Below, one piece after another: positions 18,129 to 26,752 of a stretch of 34,796 bases of DNA (its first letter is position 1; each line of letters opens with the position of its first letter). Under the pieces are notes generated by a model. The model was not told where the DNA came from and made no database searches. It saw nothing but the letters and a program-made list of their open reading frames with translations. A program made the position numbers and the translations under genes. The stretch is taken from the IMG/VR virus record IMGVR_UViG_3300012943_000691, positions 1 to 34,796 of that record; one strand, written 5' to 3'. Source of the DNA: a virus (Duplodnaviria > Caudoviricetes).

Positions 18129-19280
18129 TTACTCGCTGTCGACCGTGTGGAGCAGCGCCACGAGTGCGCGGCCGTCGTCGCGCTTGGCGCCACGGCGTGC
18201 ACGGACGTAGTACTTCGCGAAGCCAGGCTGGGTGATGGTGTCCTTCTGGACGCTCACGCCGACCTTGTTGACGATCGTCAGGAACTTCGACGGGTCGCCG
18301 CAGAGCACGGAGATGTTGCCGTCGCCGACGCTCTCAAGCTCCGGAACGACGTACACCGGCATGCCGAACAGCGTGCCCGGGGTGCCCACCTTGGCGTTCG
18401 GCTCCCAGAGGTAGCCGGCGTCCTTGGCGTCCTTGCGGAGCGCAGCCTCGGTCTGACCGTTCATGAACAGCGCAGCACCGGCCTTGTAGGCGCTCGGGAG
18501 AGCGGCCTGCAGGGTGATGATGTCGTCCAGGGTGATCGCGTCGCCGTCGGCGGCGTCGACCACGTTCAGCTTGTCGATCTTGTTGTTGTTGCGGTTGCCG
18601 TCGAACACGTACTGGTCACCCGTCAGGATGCCAGTCGGCTGGTTGCTGCCGTCGCCCGAGCCGAACAGCAGTGCCGCCGCGAGGTCGCGGGCCATGTCGT
18701 CGCCAGCGGACCAAAGCACTTCACCTTCTACGTCGTAGAACGCGTCTTCGAGCGAGGCGAGCGTGGCCAGCGGGTACGCGTACTGCTCGTGCGCGTTGAT
18801 CTCCACGGTGTAGATCGTGTTGCTGCCGGTCTTCGTTCGGTTGCCCGTCTCGGAGACCCAGCCGGAGGCCGCGTCGTTGAGGTTGTAGGACTTCTTATAC
18901 GGAGCGCCGGAGCCGATGGTGACGACGTGAGCGAGCGAAGCGAGCGGCGAGGACTCGAAGATCACGCGGCCGAGCACCTGGTCGATGACCGGGGCGATTC
19001 CGACGTTGCCGGTCGAGAGGTCCGCCTTCGTCTCGAAGAAGTGACCGCTGATGCCCTTCGTCAGGAACTCGCGGAAGTCCTTGTTCTTGTGCTTGCCACC
19101 ACGAATGAAGCTCTTGACGTCGGTGACGACGGTCGGCTCTTCCTTGGTCTCGATGCCGCGAGCGATCGCGGTCTCCGCCTTCGCGAGGCGAGTTTCCACG
19201 TCGGACTTGAACGAGTCGACGCCGGTCTTGTAGGTCTTGACCTCTTCTACGAGGTTCTTGATTTCAGTTTCCATTTCCAT
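18129..19280 (-). CDS. major capsid protein, HK97 fold
   Basis: N-terminal coiled-coil delta domain; AASGWVSETGNR, LLFGSGDGSNQPTGIL, KDAKDAGYLWEP, TLFGMPVYV, GDPSKF. Confidence 0.95.
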   Translation of the reverse strand: MEMETEIKNLVEEVKTYKTGVDSFKSDVETRLAKAETAIARGIETKEEPTVVTDVKSFIRGGKHKNKDFREFLTKGISGHFFETKADLSTGNVGIAPVIDQVLGRVIFESSPLASLAHVVTIGSGAPYKKSYNLNDAASGWVSETGNRTKTGSNTIYTVEINAHEQYAYPLATLASLEDAFYDVEGEVLWSAGDDMARDLAAALLFGSGDGSNQPTGILTGDQYVFDGNRNNNKIDKLNVVDAADGDAITLDDIITLQAALPSAYKAGAALFMNGQTEAALRKDAKDAGYLWEPNAKVGTPGTLFGMPVYVVPELESVGDGNISVLCGDPSKFLTIVNKVGVSVQKDTITQPGFAKYYVRARRGAKRDDGRALVALLHTVDSE

Positions 19281-19300
19281 CCCCTTAATTCTTGTTTTTG

Positions 19301-20056
19301 TTAGGAGCCACGCAGGCTCTTGATCAGCTGCTGTAGCGAGTGCTTGGCCTCGTCACTGAGGACGGGCGGCGGGTCGGCTACTGCCGGCAGACCGGGTTCA
19401 GGGGATTCGGAGTGGGCCGAGTGGTGCTCCTCCGGCGTTGCATTCGCCGTGGAGTCCGAGTCGGGCGCCGGGTCTTCCTCTTTCTGAAGTGGCTGCTCTT
19501 GCTCTTTGTTATTTATGTCCGCGGCCTTGAGAGTCGCGATGAACTGCAGCGTCTTGATGCGCTGTTCTTCGGTCAGGTCGGAGAAGGCGCTCTCCATGCA
19601 CTTGACCGACGTGATGACGGCCTGCTCGTTGGAGGCCCAGGTGACTACCGATCCCTCGTAGAGTTTGATTTCCGTGAGGTATCGGATGCCCGTCTTGGGA
19701 TTGAACTCCTCCTTGGTCGCGGCGTACCCGATGCTCAGCTCGTTGATCGCGCCCTGTTTCAGGAGTGCGTACGTCTCGCGGCCGAGCTGCGTATCCATGT
19801 TTATCTGGGCCACGAACTTGAGGCCGTAGTCGTCTTCAGCAAGCTCCTTGAAGATGCCGATGACCTTCGTCTCGTCGTGGTCGCGCAGGAATCGGACCGG
19901 ACGGGTCCCCCTGTTCTGGAGGGTGCGCGTGAAGGCGCCCTTCACGATGATGTCGCCGTGGCTGTCGATGTTCCCGAAGACGGAGAGGTATCCCTCTATG
20001 CTTCCCTCGTCGGAGACAGACTTGACCTCGTGGACGAGGTACTTCTTGTTTTGCAT
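19301..20056 (-). CDS. HK97-family prohead protease (peptidase S78) with acidic/Pro-rich C-terminal extension
   Basis: IEGYLSVFGNIDSHGDIIVKGAF, LRDHD, ELSIGY, LYEGSVVTWASN. Confidence 0.95.
   Translation of the reverse strand: MQNKKYLVHEVKSVSDEGSIEGYLSVFGNIDSHGDIIVKGAFTRTLQNRGTRPVRFLRDHDETKVIGIFKELAEDDYGLKFVAQINMDTQLGRETYALLKQGAINELSIGYAATKEEFNPKTGIRYLTEIKLYEGSVVTWASNEQAVITSVKCMESAFSDLTEEQRIKTLQFIATLKAADINNKEQEQPLQKEEDPAPDSDSTANATPEEHHSAHSESPEPGLPAVADPPPVLSDEAKHSLQQLIKSLRGS
19510..19515 (-). promoter_or_regulatory. intragenic TAAATA motif about 230 nt upstream of the capsid gene
   Basis: GAC ATA AAT AAC AAA, an AT-rich codon island in the protease C-terminal extension. Confidence 0.55.
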
Positions 20057-20059
20057 TGG

Positions 20060-20091
20060 TACGACCAGTTGCTGATGACTGGTCGTATTTA
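20060..20091 (-). promoter_or_regulatory. TAAATA promoter (20086-20091) overlapping a hairpin that covers the protease translation-initiation region
   Basis: minus strand TAAA-TACGACCAGT-CATCAGCA-ACTGGTCGTA-CCA-ATG; perfect 10-bp stem. Confidence 0.75.
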
Positions 20092-20123
20092 TTAGTGGGG
20101 AGAGAAAACCCTCCGGCGTCGGG

Positions 20124-20891
20124 TCAGTCGGAGGTCTCTGAGAACGTGCAGACGCACCGGCAATTGATCGCGTTGTCAGCGCTGCCCTCGCCCGGATGCA
20201 TGACGAGCTCGCCGCCCACGGAGAACGGCTCGTCCAGTGGAACCGTCTGGCCGTCGGCGTCGATGTGCCCTTGTCGGGTCCTGTCGTCGAGGCTCGCGGT
20301 CCAGGTCTTGACTAGCTTCAGCCCGGAGGACGCGGCAGCCTCGACCTGCCCGTAGTTCATGGCCGCGTGCATCTCGGTGCGAGCTATGGTTTCGCTGCGG
20401 GCGACAGCCCCGGTGCCGAGCTCGGCCGTGATGGTCTTCGCTAGGTCATTGATCGACCTGCTTCCGTCTTGGACGGCGTCGTCGATGATCCTGCGGACGG
20501 CCCGGAGCGTGACCCGATCCATGTCCTCGATCGCCGCGAGAGCGCGCGAGTGCACCCAGATGCGCACGGCCTCCTCGAACGAGAAGCCGATGAGCGACGC
20601 CTTGCGGCCCGCGGATCTGATCAGTTGATTGCCGAACGTCAGCGCGACGTTCCTGTAGAACTCCGACAGCAGCGCGACCCTGTCCGACCTGCCCTGGCTG
20701 ACTACGGATTCTGTGAAGTGGCCCACCGTGCGGAGCGAGCCAGCGATGGCGGTAGCTTGGGACGCTAGGAGCGCGCGGAGCCTGCGGGCCAGCGAGCGCT
20801 CGAAGCGCGAGAGCTGCCTAAGGGACGCGAGGCGCTGTCGCTGCCTTGCCGCCCTCGTCGGCTTAGACCTCCGGGTCGACTTCGGAGTCAT
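20124..20891 (-). CDS. minor head / head morphogenesis protein (SPP1 gp7, Mu F-like)
   Basis: ARSETIARTE, KTWTASLDDRTRQGH, DGQTVPLDEPF, INCRC. Confidence 0.93.
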   Translation of the reverse strand: MTPKSTRRSKPTRAARQRQRLASLRQLSRFERSLARRLRALLASQATAIAGSLRTVGHFTESVVSQGRSDRVALLSEFYRNVALTFGNQLIRSAGRKASLIGFSFEEAVRIWVHSRALAAIEDMDRVTLRAVRRIIDDAVQDGSRSINDLAKTITAELGTGAVARSETIARTEMHAAMNYGQVEAAASSGLKLVKTWTASLDDRTRQGHIDADGQTVPLDEPFSVGGELVMHPGEGSADNAINCRCVCTFSETSD

Positions 20892-22194
20892 CGACGTTGG
20901 CGTTCAGAGGCAGCAGACCAGACGGGATCAGAAGCTCATCGCCGCCCTCGATCTCGTCGTAGCCAAGCGCCTTGCGCTTCTCGTTGATGGTGAGGATCGG
21001 CGCGTTGACGACGGTGTCCCACTTGACCTTGCGCTTCGGCGCGAGCGCGACGACGCTGTCCTCGTCGACGCAGAGCCTGAGGCCCTCGCCGAACATCGGG
21101 AGCACCCTGCGGTTGATGTCGCCGCACAGCTCGCGCGCGATGGGGAGCACCGTCTCCTCGTAGAAGCTCTCCTTCGCCTGCTCCATGTTCGCGTACGTCA
21201 GCGATCCGGGGATGCCGAGCATCTGGTCCGGCACGCCGAAGGTTCTGGCGATGTCGGAGGACATCGAGTTCTTCAGGTTCGAGTAGTCCGCGTCCTTCGG
21301 CGACAGGCTCAGCTCCTGGAACGATAGGCCGCCGGGGATGACCATCAGCCTGCCGGCCTTGCTCTTGGAGGCGTAGAGCTCGTTGACCTGCTTGCGGATG
21401 TCGTCGACGTGCTCCTGGGTGAGTCCGACCTCGCCCTCCTTGGTGGCCTTCTCAAGGAAGGCGCCCGACGGGCGGGCTGAGTTCTCAAGTAGCGAGTGGT
21501 TCCACTGCGCTCCGGCCCTGTGCGTCATGAGGCTGAGGAACGCGGCACGCGCGGGCGCGAATCCCCGGTGGTCCGACGTGTCGAACAGAGGGGTGAATCC
21601 TTTGGAGTGCAGCAGCGAGCACGAGCCGTCGAGTTGGCTCACCGGGAACGTCCTCGGCGCGCCACCGCCGAACCCGCCCGGCGTGTAGACGTAGCGGATC
21701 GGGATGCGCGACTGGGCCATGTCCGTTCGGACCCAGTCCGGTCGGAGCAGCCACATCTCGCGCGGCGGCGAAGAGGAGCTGGCCTCTCCCCTTGGTCCGA
21801 GCAGCTCAACGTATGCGTTGCCGTCGAGGAGCTTGCATCCGATGAACTGCGCGATGAACGACTCGCGGCTCTGGGTCGGGTTCGGAGTGTCGAGCAGGGA
21901 GAGGAACGGGTGGGAGTCGATCTCGTCGTCCTTGCCGCCCTGCACGAGGTAGTAGTCGAGGGTCGACACGGCCCTGGCGATCATGTCGACGCAGCGGTAG
22001 CCGATGACGTTGCCCTCGAACGCGAGCCTGACCAGCGTCTCGAAGGTCTTGTTCTTCGCGTCGAGTGAGGACGACGTGCTGTCGTAGATGGTTGTCCCGT
22101 GGAAGCCCGGCGGACTGGCAGACTTGGTCTCGACTGGCGCGTCGGCCGCTTTGGTCTCGCTAGGTGAGAATAGTTTCGTGAAGAAGTTGGCCAT
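20863..22194 (-). CDS. portal protein, HK97 family
   Basis: YRCVDMIARAVS, HPFLSLLDTPNP, LLDGNAY, LRPDWV, NSARPSG, IARTFGVP, TYANMEQ, LTINEKRKALG. Confidence 0.96.
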   Translation of the reverse strand: MANFFTKLFSPSETKAADAPVETKSASPPGFHGTTIYDSTSSSLDAKNKTFETLVRLAFEGNVIGYRCVDMIARAVSTLDYYLVQGGKDDEIDSHPFLSLLDTPNPTQSRESFIAQFIGCKLLDGNAYVELLGPRGEASSSSPPREMWLLRPDWVRTDMAQSRIPIRYVYTPGGFGGGAPRTFPVSQLDGSCSLLHSKGFTPLFDTSDHRGFAPARAAFLSLMTHRAGAQWNHSLLENSARPSGAFLEKATKEGEVGLTQEHVDDIRKQVNELYASKSKAGRLMVIPGGLSFQELSLSPKDADYSNLKNSMSSDIARTFGVPDQMLGIPGSLTYANMEQAKESFYEETVLPIARELCGDINRRVLPMFGEGLRLCVDEDSVVALAPKRKVKWDTVVNAPILTINEKRKALGYDEIEGGDELLIPSGLLPLNANVDDSEVDPEV

Positions 22195-22223
22195 GCGACG
22201 CCCGTTAGACTGTTGATGTCATG

Positions 22224-22229
22224 TATTTA
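22224..22229 (-). promoter_or_regulatory. TAAATA promoter motif upstream of portal
   Basis: CCATAAATACATGA in the intergenic gap, 29 nt before ATG 22194. Confidence 0.72.
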
Positions 22230-22239
22230 TGGGGAGGCG

Positions 22240-23529
22240 TCATAGGGGGATGACCCGCGGGGCGCGCTTCTGGAAGTACGGGAACTTGTGGTGCGCGAAG
22301 TACCCAGCGCCGTCCGGGGCGTGGTCCAGTCCGCCGTCCTTGTCGGGCTCGCCCTTCGCGTTCGTCGGCTGGTTGCCGAGCTGGTGGTCCAAGTGCTGGC
22401 AGGTGTTCGGGTTCACCAGGTAGTGGCGCTCGCCGTCGGCCGTCAGTATCCGGTTGTGCAGGGACGCGACGCGCTTGAGCACCCTCGGGTTGCCCGGCGT
22501 GTAGATGACGTTCTGTGCGCCGAAGCTGTTCTTCAGCCGCTGGACGTTGTCGACGTTCTGCGCGTCCGGGTACCACCAGATCTTCCTGTGGCCGTACTCC
22601 TCCTTGACGTGGTTGATGACCTCGTCGAAGTAGGTGAAGCCGTAGAGCTCCTTGACCGCGTACGAGGTGTTGTTGACGACGACGTGGATGACCGTCGCGT
22701 TTATTCCCTTGTTGAAGTCGCACCCGATGTGCAGGGGCATGTCGTCTGGGAAGTCGGCCAGCGTCTTGTCGGTCCAGTTTCCATCGTAGGAGCGCTCGTA
22801 CAGGTGGTAGACCAGCGAGCCCTCAAGGTTGCAGAACTCGCCGTAGATGTAGGCCCTCAGGGCGAGCGGGTTGCGCGTCTGTATCTGGCGCTTCACGTAC
22901 CCCCAGTCGACGTTAGGGTTGTCGAGGGTGCATCCCCTGATTAGGGCGAGGTCGTTAGTGCGATGGCCCCACTCGGTCTCGACGAACGACGCATCCTCCC
23001 TCGCGCGCTTGTCGAAGAAGTCGTAGCAGAAGCCGTACCCCTCCGGCGTCGTGAATCCGCCGATCTGCATCAGCGGGGCCTTCACGCGCACACGGTCGCC
23101 CGTGTAGCTCCAGACCTCTGCGGCCTTCGGCATGGTGTCCAGCTCGTCGAGCAGCGCCCACGACCAGTTGCCGCCGGCCCAGCGCTTGTACGCCTCGTTC
23201 TCGGTGGATAGCAGGTGGACCGTGGATGGAGTGCCGCCGTAGGTCAGCAGCAGCTTGTTGCCGTCCTTGAACTTGTACGACGCGCCCGCTGCCTGCCAGT
23301 ACTTCTCTACCTCAGGGAGGAGGAAGTCCTTTAGCTGCCTGTGCGAGCGGCTGATGATGGCGCCGTCGTGTCCGTAGTTGACGCTCGCGAGCTGGTGGGC
23401 CTTGGCCCCGAGGCCGTACGACTTGCCGCAGCCGAAGCCTCCGACGAGCAGGAAGAACTGGACCATGCAGTCCAGTGCCCGGACCTGGTGTGGCAGCAGC
23501 TCGATGACCGGGGCCCTGGCGTCAGTCAT
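22240..23529 (-). CDS. terL: terminase large subunit
   Basis: LLPHQ Q-motif, Walker A GGFGCGKS, Walker B ALLDE, TTPEG, nuclease GCDFN and DHAPDGAGY. Confidence 0.95.
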   Translation of the reverse strand: MTDARAPVIELLPHQVRALDCMVQFFLLVGGFGCGKSYGLGAKAHQLASVNYGHDGAIISRSHRQLKDFLLPEVEKYWQAAGASYKFKDGNKLLLTYGGTPSTVHLLSTENEAYKRWAGGNWSWALLDELDTMPKAAEVWSYTGDRVRVKAPLMQIGGFTTPEGYGFCYDFFDKRAREDASFVETEWGHRTNDLALIRGCTLDNPNVDWGYVKRQIQTRNPLALRAYIYGEFCNLEGSLVYHLYERSYDGNWTDKTLADFPDDMPLHIGCDFNKGINATVIHVVVNNTSYAVKELYGFTYFDEVINHVKEEYGHRKIWWYPDAQNVDNVQRLKNSFGAQNVIYTPGNPRVLKRVASLHNRILTADGERHYLVNPNTCQHLDHQLGNQPTNAKGEPDKDGGLDHAPDGAGYFAHHKFPYFQKRAPRVIPL

Positions 23530-23680
23530 CGTCGCTCAGGAAGTCAGACTCCGTGAACAGCGTTGCCGGTGTAAATGGGTCTGTCTCCGCCTCCGCTTCC
23601 CTATCGAGATCGGCTATGAAGGCCGCGATGATCTCCTCGCGCGTGAAGGTGACGGTGAGGGTGACGACTCGCTTGTCCAT
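23522..23680 (-). CDS. small acidic hypothetical protein (52 aa, MDKRVVTLTVTFTREEIIAAF...)
   Basis: fills the gap between the TerS-like and terL genes with overlapping start/stop codons; absent from the ORF track. Confidence 0.6.
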   Translation of the reverse strand: MDKRVVTLTVTFTREEIIAAFIADLDREAEAETDPFTPATLFTESDFLSDDD

Positions 23681-24372
23681 CACTCGCCCTCTTTCTTCAC
23701 CGCCTTGAGTGGGGTGACGGACGCGATGCGGCGCCTGAGCATCTCCTCGGCCTCGCGTCGGTTCGGGTCGTCGGGGTCGGTCCTCGACGTCTGGATGACG
23801 ATCTGTGGAGGCGCGCTCTGCACCGAGTCGACGTCCTCGTGCGCCGGGTCGTTGACCTGGTACGCGAACTGCTTGCCGATGTGGAACTTGCCGCCGACGT
23901 CCTTATCCGAGTGCAGGAACGTGGCGAGGTTTGCCTCGGTGATCTTGAGCGTCCTGGCGACGTCGGCCATCCACATGACGTCGAGGTACGGCTTCAGCTC
24001 GTCGAGGTCGATGGCGAAGTACCGGGCCACCGTCTGCAGGGCACGCTTGCTGCCCATCACCACGCCGGACCACAGGACCATGTGGTAGAGGTAGGAGCGT
24101 CGCTCGTCGTCCGACGACGAGGACCACAGCGACGCCTGGTACTGCCAGCCGTCGTTCTTCAGCGGGACGTAGGTGGGCTCCAGCGCGCGGAGATGCTTGC
24201 GGTCGATCTGCTCGGAGCGCGTGGCCATCACCGGCCCGGACATCTCCGGCGACTTCCGCTTCGGCGGGGCCTTGCGCTTGGACATCTTCACTGTCGGACG
24301 CTTGGGCTTCTTGATGGATGGCCCAGCCTCGACGGTGGAATCTTTTGAATCGTTGTTTTCGTTCTCGCTCAT
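23680..24372 (-). CDS. putative terminase small subunit
   Basis: first gene of the packaging cluster; basic N-terminus and HTH-like ALQTVARYFAIDLDEL; call is mainly positional. Confidence 0.55.
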   Translation of the reverse strand: MSENENNDSKDSTVEAGPSIKKPKRPTVKMSKRKAPPKRKSPEMSGPVMATRSEQIDRKHLRALEPTYVPLKNDGWQYQASLWSSSSDDERRSYLYHMVLWSGVVMGSKRALQTVARYFAIDLDELKPYLDVMWMADVARTLKITEANLATFLHSDKDVGGKFHIGKQFAYQVNDPAHEDVDSVQSAPPQIVIQTSRTDPDDPNRREAEEMLRRRIASVTPLKAVKKEGE

Positions 24373-24728
24373 GGGTTTATTTATGGCCCTGAGCCGAGCA
24401 GCGATCAGACGATTGGAGCGATGGCCCAGGCGTCGCCCTGGTCGCTCCGAGAATCAACAGTGAGATGGCCCGGTCTTAGGGCAACAACACTCACAAATCG
24501 ACCAATGGCGGGGGCCCTTGGGGCAGGCAAGGGCCGGGCCATGAAACGACGGCGTGGGCCACCGTGGTGATCCTGGGATGGACCGGATGGGCCACCCTGC
24601 GAACGGTGGTCACTGGCCCTGGGCCATGCTCTCTACGTAATGCGTCCCCGGCGAGGGGTGGCACAGCATGCGGTGGTTGGCTGGCTAGTCACCGGGCCAT
24701 GGCCCCGGGGTGTTTTTCTACTGGGCCA
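24318..24728. repeat. cluster of TGGCCC/GGGCCA short repeats (candidate packaging-initiation region)
   Basis: about 11 copies, e.g. ATGGCCC at 24318, 24383, 24421, 24465; GGGCCA at 24536, 24556, 24589, 24621, 24723; palindrome GGGCCATGGCCC at 24694-24705. Confidence 0.55.
24378..24383 (-). promoter_or_regulatory. TAAATA promoter motif, 5 nt before the TerS-like ATG (leaderless)
   Basis: CATAAATA-AACCC-ATG, no SD. Confidence 0.72.
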
Positions 24729-24993
24729 GCATATTGGGATGGCGGAAGTACCTATCGCCGTCCGCGCTGAACTCTCAGTCGAAATGACAGAGTGAATCGC
24801 TTCCAGCGACCTAGGCGCATCGCAAGGTAGGGTGCTAACAGTGTAGCGAGCACGAGGGCTCCGGTTTCCAACGACATGACAGCTCCACAAGGATCGATGG
24901 TGTGGAGCCTAGTGGTGCCGAGCGAAGTCGGTAAGGGAAGAAACTGACGATATCTGACAGGGTGGCCTACCCGGAAGAAACTCGTTTGCTTGC

Positions 24994-25872
24994 TCAAGAC
25001 TTCTTTCGGGTCAGTGGTGGTGTCGCTGCCTTTCGAGAGCGCAGCAGGGCTCGAACACGATCCTCATCAACGTCCTTGCCGAGAACGACGCTAACGATGG
25101 TCGCCACGTTGGCGTGCAAGGGCATTCCGTAGACAGCCTTGAAGTAGGCGGACAAGTGGTCGATGTAGAAGTTGACCTTGGCACTCGGAGAGTTTGGCTG
25201 CTTGACCGCCACCGGCTCAGCGGCCATTGCCTTTGCCTTGTTGTGCATCTGGAGTAGGTAGTAGGGCAAAGGCTGGACCAGCTGACCAAGCTCCTCGTTC
25301 AGGAAGCCATCGAAGCCGTACCAAATCTCGTGGCCGTCTGCCTCCAGAGCCTTTGTGAAGTTGTGCAGCTTTGATTCGCTGATGTAGTAGCGAGTATCCA
25401 GAAGTCTGGCGTTGTGGTCATCCTGCAGCAGCAGCTCTCCGAGTTGCTTTGCGAGGGCTGCGACGCTCTCGTAGTACCGCTTGGACTCCGCCTTGGTTCG
25501 CCTCGGAAGGTTGTGCCATTCAAGCTCAACCTGCATGCACGCCCCGTAGAGGTTGCCGCCCTTCCCTTTCGCGCCATAAGGGATGAACAGATACGGCTTG
25601 TAGGTCGTGCGGCTGACAAGGGAACGCCAGACCTTTGCCATGCGCTTATCGAATACGAGCGGCTCAAGAACTTTGAGCTGCGCGGCATTTCCAAGGAAGA
25701 ACTTGCCAACGTGCAAGCTCCCATCCTCAAGCGCCTCACGAGGATCGTAGACCTTCATGGGCGCACTGCCGTCGAGGTGCGCTTTTCGGCGCTTCTCCTC
25801 TTCGGCGGCCTTTGGCTTCAGCTCCTCGTGGAGCGACACCAACTCCGGCGGTGCCCACGCAGGGAATCTCAT
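24994..25872 (-). CDS. hypothetical protein (helical)
   Basis: 292-aa ORF, ATGA-coupled to the upstream ART-like gene. Confidence 0.75.
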   Translation of the reverse strand: MRFPAWAPPELVSLHEELKPKAAEEEKRRKAHLDGSAPMKVYDPREALEDGSLHVGKFFLGNAAQLKVLEPLVFDKRMAKVWRSLVSRTTYKPYLFIPYGAKGKGGNLYGACMQVELEWHNLPRRTKAESKRYYESVAALAKQLGELLLQDDHNARLLDTRYYISESKLHNFTKALEADGHEIWYGFDGFLNEELGQLVQPLPYYLLQMHNKAKAMAAEPVAVKQPNSPSAKVNFYIDHLSAYFKAVYGMPLHANVATIVSVVLGKDVDEDRVRALLRSRKAATPPLTRKKS

Positions 25873-26567
25873 GACGGGTTGGGGTAGAACATCTCAATTG
25901 TCCGTGGGAGATTGTTGCGGCTAGCGTAATGCGTTCCGCACGCACAGCCATCCTCACATTCCCTCGTCTCGATGGGCACCTCGATCCCAGCATCGCCCAT
26001 CGCAAGTTGCAGGGCGCCATATGCGGTACTGGCAAGGTCGAAACCTTCGACCTTCCGCTCGGGGTCGTCAAGGATGATCTTCTCCAGGCAGTGCTGTATC
26101 GGCAAGGAACCGCCGCAGTGGCGGAACACCACCATCTGATCAAACGTACCGTAGGTGTAGCTGTCCTCAAGGTCCTTCTTAGACTGGAACCAACGGTCCT
26201 TCTGCGGCACGCCCTTCCACTTTGTCGGATTCAGCTTCGTGACCCAGACCCGCCCTGGACTTACATGCTGGCGCAGTTTGTCGATGCTAAGCACGAAGAG
26301 GACCGGCCCGTACTTATTAATGCGGCTAGCGCGGTGATGAATGTCGACGCCATCCGTGAAAACGTCGTACCAGAGACTGTAGCGCTTGTCGGCCTCATCT
26401 GAGTACTGGTCGGTCTGTCTGAGGCCGAGATCGGCGACGGTTCCACGCGACAACAGGGCCTTTCGACGCAGGAACTGACAGCTGGTCACGACGCTGTTCG
26501 CGTGATGCAGGTTCGTGACTTCCTTGGCAGCCAGCACGTCCCAGACTGTTCGACTCGGCAGATCCAT
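25869..26567 (-). CDS. putative ADP-ribosyltransferase-fold protein (DarT/DUF4433-like)
   Basis: start re-called at MDLPSR with SD AGGAG; LHHANSVVTSCQFLRRKALLSR resembles the DarT N-terminal H-x-T...ILxxGLLSR; YGPVLFVL; canonical catalytic Glu not obvious. Confidence 0.5.
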   Translation of the reverse strand: MDLPSRTVWDVLAAKEVTNLHHANSVVTSCQFLRRKALLSRGTVADLGLRQTDQYSDEADKRYSLWYDVFTDGVDIHHRASRINKYGPVLFVLSIDKLRQHVSPGRVWVTKLNPTKWKGVPQKDRWFQSKKDLEDSYTYGTFDQMVVFRHCGGSLPIQHCLEKIILDDPERKVEGFDLASTAYGALQLAMGDAGIEVPIETRECEDGCACGTHYASRNNLPRTIEMFYPNPS

Positions 26568-26629
26568 TGCTCTTCTCCTTACCTTCCTTTCGTCGCGATT
26601 CTGCCTAGGATGCTTGCTCCGGCAGGTGG

Positions 26630-26688
26630 TGTCACCTAGCCCTATATAGAGAGTGAGCAGCACGACACGCGTTGCTGTCACCTAGCCC
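26630..26688. repeat. 13-bp direct repeat TGTCACCTAGCCC between divergent genes
   Basis: exact copies at 26630-26642 and 26676-26688, each followed by an AT-rich run. Confidence 0.75.
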
Positions 26689-26752
26689 AATAAGAAGCGT
26701 GCACGCGTCACAAAGTGTCGTGGTACGTTCCGCCGAAATAGGGAGGTCGGCG

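Noticed and set aside
20070-20120. Hammerhead ribozyme (CTGATGA ... GAAA on + strand)
   Set aside because: No credible stems II and III around the core; the CTGATGA lies largely in the loop of the promoter hairpin.
14677-22194. Gene transfer agent (RcGTA-like) cluster
   Set aside because: Some tail genes are GTA-like, but the long tape measure, lambda-type tail tip, gp7-like head protein, own Rep and recombinase indicate a phage-like replicon.
24400-24997. Short ORFs upstream of terS (24564..24770, 24633..24890, 24752..24997)
   Set aside because: No SD, atypical composition, and overlap with the repeat field; treated as non-coding.
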